DNA from: Alphaproteobacteria bacterium
GTDB lineage: Bacteria; Pseudomonadota; Alphaproteobacteria; UBA828
DNA: 13,333 nt
NCBI GenBank assembly: GCA_963667785.2
Contig: CAXXMU010000003.1
Span: forward strand, 1-13,333
Reading direction: 5' to 3'
Both the position numbers and the translations under genes were made by a program. The notes under the pieces were generated by a model. The model ran no database searches. It had not been told where the DNA came from and saw nothing but the letters and a program-made list of their open reading frames with translations. Positions within the stretch are counted from its first letter, which is position 1. Every line of letters begins with the position of its first letter. Positions 10,191 through 13,333 of the stretch are shown piece by piece.

Positions 10191-10212
10191 CGCGAGGCGC
10201 CGCACGCGCTCC

Positions 10213-11241
10213 ATGGTCGCACTCTCGGTCCTCGATCTCTCGCCGATCCCCGAAGGCGCGGACGCAGCCCATGCCTTCCGCAACACGGTGGCGCTTGCGC
10301 GCCACGTGGAGCGCCTGGGCTTCCGCCGCTACTGGCTGGCCGAGCACCACAACATGGCGGGCATCGGCAGCGCGGCGACGGCGGTGCTGATCGGCCACGT
10401 CGCGGGCGCGACCGAGACGATGCGCGTGGGCGCCGGCGGCATCATGCTGCCCAACCACGCGCCGCTGGTGATCGCCGAGCAGTTCGGCACGCTCGAATCG
10501 CTCTATCCGGGGCGGATCGACCTCGGCATCGGCCGCGCACCGGGGACGGACCAGATGACCGCGCACGCGCTGAGGCGGACGCTCACGGGCGACGTCAACG
10601 ACTTCCCGCGCGACGTGGTTGAGCTGCAGAGCTACTTCCAGCCGTCCGAGCCGGGCAGGCGGGTGCGCGCCGTGCCTGGGACGGGCCTCAACGTGCCGAT
10701 CTGGATCCTGGGCTCGAGCCTCTTCGGCGCGCAGCTCGCGGCCGCCCTCGGCCTCCCCTACGCCTTCGCCTCGCACTTCGCGCCCGCCGCGCTGATGCAG
10801 GCGATCGAGGTCTACCGCGAGAACTTCCGCCCGTCTGAGCAGTGCGCGGCGCCCTACCTGATGGCGGGGTTCAACGTCTTCGCGGCCGACAGCGAGGACG
10901 AGGCGGCCTACGTGCGAAGCTCGGCCCAGCAGTCGGTGCTGAACCTGCACCGCAATGCGCCGGGCCCCCTGCCCCGCCCGGTGCGCGGCTTCGAGGCCAC
11001 GCTCGGCGCGCAGGAGCGCTCGATCCTCGCGCGCTGGTTCACCTGCGCGGCCTCGGGCACGTTGGAGACAGTGGTGGAGCGGCTCGGGGCGTTTGCCGTG
11101 CAGACCGGCGTGGACGAGATCATGGTGACGTCCAACATCCACGACCACGCGGCACGGCTGCGCTCATACGAGATCACGGCCGAGGCGGGCGCTGCGCTGA
11201 CCCGGGAAACGGCGGCGCGGACGTCGGAACGGGCGGGATAG
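10213..11241 (+). CDS. LLM-class flavin-dependent oxidoreductase (luciferase family, YhbW-like)
   Basis: Motifs: [64 protein letters not shown] and [10 protein letters not shown]. Confidence 0.93.
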   Translation: MVALSVLDLSPIPEGADAAHAFRNTVALARHVERLGFRRYWLAEHHNMAGIGSAATAVLIGHVAGATETMRVGAGGIMLPNHAPLVIAEQFGTLESLYPGRIDLGIGRAPGTDQMTAHALRRTLTGDVNDFPRDVVELQSYFQPSEPGRRVRAVPGTGLNVPIWILGSSLFGAQLAAALGLPYAFASHFAPAALMQAIEVYRENFRPSEQCAAPYLMAGFNVFAADSEDEAAYVRSSAQQSVLNLHRNAPGPLPRPVRGFEATLGAQERSILARWFTCAASGTLETVVERLGAFAVQTGVDEIMVTSNIHDHAARLRSYEITAEAGAALTRETAARTSERAG

Positions 11242-11290
11242 TAGCCGGCTGCCTGCCGGCGTGCGTCGCTCGGTTGCGACGAGCCTGCGC

Positions 11291-11353
11291 CCCCCACCTC
11301 ACCCCGGCCCTCTCCTCCCCAGGGAGGAGAGGGAGAGAAAGAGAAGGAGAGGG
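11291..11353. repeat. BoxC/PIT-like extragenic palindromic element in the convergent intergenic region
   Basis: CCCCCACCTCACCCCGG is followed by the perfect 12-bp inverted repeat CCCTCTCCTCCC-CA-GGGAGGAGAGGG (11308-11333) and a 33-nt pure purine tract (11321-11353). It resembles the CCCTCACCC..CCCTCTCCC..GGGAGAGGG layout of BoxC elements. Only one copy is visible here. Confidence 0.65.
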
Positions 11354-11369
11354 CGGCGCGTGAGCGGGG

Positions 11370-13244
11370 CTACGTCGCCTGCGCCTCCATCGACTCTCTG
11401 CGGGCGCGGTTGGCGTCTGCGGCGGCGGAGAGTTCGTCCTCGCTCGCGTTGGCCCAGTAGCAGGCGCTGATGCGGCCGTCGCCCCGGCTCTCCAGCCCCG
11501 GCTCGTCGGTGGTGCAGCGCTCGAAGGCGAGCGGGCAGCGCGAGTTGAAGCTGCATCCGGGCGGAATGCCGATGGGGCTCGGCGGCTCGCCCTCCAGCAG
11601 GTTCTCCGCGGCGTCGTAGCGGCGCTCCTCGATGGTCGGCACCGCGCTGAGCAGCGCCTTGGTGTAGGGGTGGCCGGGGTTGAAGAAGACCGTGTGGTTG
11701 TCCGCAAGCTCAACGATCTTGCCGAGGTACATCACGGCGATGCGGGTGCAGGCGCGGCGCACCATCGCGAGGTCGTGAGAGATGAAGATGTAGGTGAAGC
11801 CGTGCTCGGCCTGGAGCTTGTCGAAGATCTCCAGCAGCCGCGATTGCTCCACCTGGTCGAGCGCCGACAGCGTCTCGTCCAGGATCAGCAGGCGCGGCTC
11901 CAGCACCAGCGCGCGGGCGAGGTTGATGCGCTGGCGCTGGCCGGCGCTCAGCCCGATCTGCAGGTGGTCGTAGATGTCGGCGGGCAGGCCCACCTCGTTC
12001 ATCACGTCCAGCACGCGGTTGCGCATCGCGCGCCGCCCCATGCCGCCGTGGATGAGCAGGGGCTCCAGGATCGTGCGGCCGACCGGCATGTGCGGCGGCA
12101 TGGCGTTGTAGGGGTCCTGCAACAGAAGCTGGAAACGGTGCCTGAGCCCGAGCAGGCGGCGGCGGTTCATCCTGGCGATGCTGTCGCCCTCGAAGGAGAT
12201 CGAGCCCTTGTCGGGCGCCTCGATCCAGCTCAAGAGGCGCGAGAGCGTGGACTTGCCGCAGCCGGACTCGCCCACGATGCCGAAGTTCTCACCCGCCTTC
12301 ACGTCGAAGGTGACGCCGCGCACCGCTTCGACGTCGTTGTGGCCGAAGAAGCGGGTCGGGTCGTTGACGCGGTAGGTCTTGTAGACGTCGTCCACCTCGA
12401 GCAGCGCGGACTCGCCCTCGGTCTTGGGCTGCGCGCGCTCCTCCACCGCCCAGATGCGCGGAATCCGCTCCAGGAGCCGCTTGGAGTAGTCGTGCTCCGG
12501 CGCGTTGACGATGGCCTCCGGCGTCGAGCGCTCGATGATCCGCCCTTCCTGGAGGACGATGATGTCGTCCGCGATCTCGCGCACGATGGCGAGCGACGAC
12601 GAGATGAAGATGATCGCCGTGTCGAGCTGGTCGCGCAGGTCGTGCATCAGGCGGATGATCTGGGCGGCGACGGTGACGTCGAGCTGCTGGGTGACATTGT
12701 CGGCGATGAGGAAGGTGGGGTTGCTGACCAGCGCGTCGACGATCAGCGCGCGCTGCATCATGCCGCCGGAGTACTGGAACGGGAACTCATCGAAGCGGCG
12801 CTCAGGGCGCGGCATGCGGACCGCGCTCAGCACCTCCAGCGCGCGCTCGCGGGCCTGCTCCTTGGACATCTCGGGCTGGACCGCGCGCAGCTTCTCGACG
12901 ATCTGGTGGCCGACCGGTATCGTCGGGTCCAGCGCGCTGCCGGGGTCGGAGCCGATGTAGCCGATCTCGCTCCCGCGCAGCGCCTGCATCTCGGCATCGG
13001 GGATGGTGAGCAGGTCGCGGCCGCGGTAGCCGACGCTGCCGGCGGTGATCTCGAGCGGCTCGGAGATCGCGTTGCAGAGAACGCGGCTCAGAACGGTCTT
13101 GCCCGAGCCGCTCTCGCCGATGATGCCGAGCACCTGGCGCTCGCGTAGCTGGAAGCTCACGTCGCGCAGGATCGGCTCGCTCGCGCCGCGGCGCACGAGA
13201 TCGACCGAGATGCCCTGCGCGTCGAGGAGCGGCGGTGCCGACAT
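11370..13244 (-). CDS. Peptide/nickel-type ABC transporter ATP-binding protein with two fused NBDs (DppD-DppF-like, 624 aa)
   Basis: Two Walker A motifs (GESGSGKT, GESGCGKS) and signatures YSGGM and LSAGQ. The C-terminal oligopeptide-transporter domain is HPYTKALLSAVP...PPGCSFNSRCPLAFERC...SAC. Confidence 0.93.
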   Translation of the reverse strand: MSAPPLLDAQGISVDLVRRGASEPILRDVSFQLRERQVLGIIGESGSGKTVLSRVLCNAISEPLEITAGSVGYRGRDLLTIPDAEMQALRGSEIGYIGSDPGSALDPTIPVGHQIVEKLRAVQPEMSKEQARERALEVLSAVRMPRPERRFDEFPFQYSGGMMQRALIVDALVSNPTFLIADNVTQQLDVTVAAQIIRLMHDLRDQLDTAIIFISSSLAIVREIADDIIVLQEGRIIERSTPEAIVNAPEHDYSKRLLERIPRIWAVEERAQPKTEGESALLEVDDVYKTYRVNDPTRFFGHNDVEAVRGVTFDVKAGENFGIVGESGCGKSTLSRLLSWIEAPDKGSISFEGDSIARMNRRRLLGLRHRFQLLLQDPYNAMPPHMPVGRTILEPLLIHGGMGRRAMRNRVLDVMNEVGLPADIYDHLQIGLSAGQRQRINLARALVLEPRLLILDETLSALDQVEQSRLLEIFDKLQAEHGFTYIFISHDLAMVRRACTRIAVMYLGKIVELADNHTVFFNPGHPYTKALLSAVPTIEERRYDAAENLLEGEPPSPIGIPPGCSFNSRCPLAFERCTTDEPGLESRGDGRISACYWANASEDELSAAADANRARRESMEAQAT

Positions 13245-13247
13245 GGC

Positions 13248-13331
13248 CTAGACGATCCCCTTGAAGAGCTTGTTGCGGGCGCGCTCCAGCGACGCACCCA
13301 TCAGGTTGATGCTGATGAGCGTGAGGATGAG
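13248..13331 (-). CDS. ABC transporter permease (DppC/OppC-like), C-terminal 27 aa (truncated by window edge)
   Basis: The minus strand reads LILTLISINLMGASLERARNKLFKGIV*, resembling the DppC terminal 'hhhhN.hGD.LR' helix. The stop lies 3 nt upstream of the ATPase ATG. Confidence 0.7.
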   Translation of the reverse strand, partial: LILTLISINLMGASLERARNKLFKGIV

Positions 13332-13333
13332 GA

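Noticed and set aside
11308-11333. Classical rho-independent terminator
   Set aside because: The stem is strong but no U-run follows it on either strand. It is better described as a BoxC-like element.

Overview
GC-rich window of housekeeping and metabolic genes. Gene content suggests an alphaproteobacterium (inference). Order: 3' end of a luciferase-like monooxygenase (+); a small CxxC-x13-CxxC ORF; a GlpC/HdrD-like Fe-S oxidoreductase split by one extra base at about 993-996; DUF3501; tandem bacterial SH3 protein (-); D-2-hydroxyacid dehydrogenase; SDR; trkH, folE and apaG (all -); uvrB; a second luciferase-like monooxygenase; a BoxC/PIT-like palindromic purine/pyrimidine element; a fused double-ATPase peptide ABC subunit and the 3' end of its permease (-). 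No tRNA, rRNA, CRISPR array or mobile element was seen. Four observations stand out. (1) The Fe-S oxidoreductase/DUF3501 pair normally follows an aerobic-type rubrerythrin, but here a tiny four-cysteine protein sits in that position. (2) The Fe-S gene carries a clean +1 frameshift at GGC TTT CAA G. (3) The ABC ATPase has one composite ATP site that is consistently degenerate. (4) The intergenic element could form a triplex.
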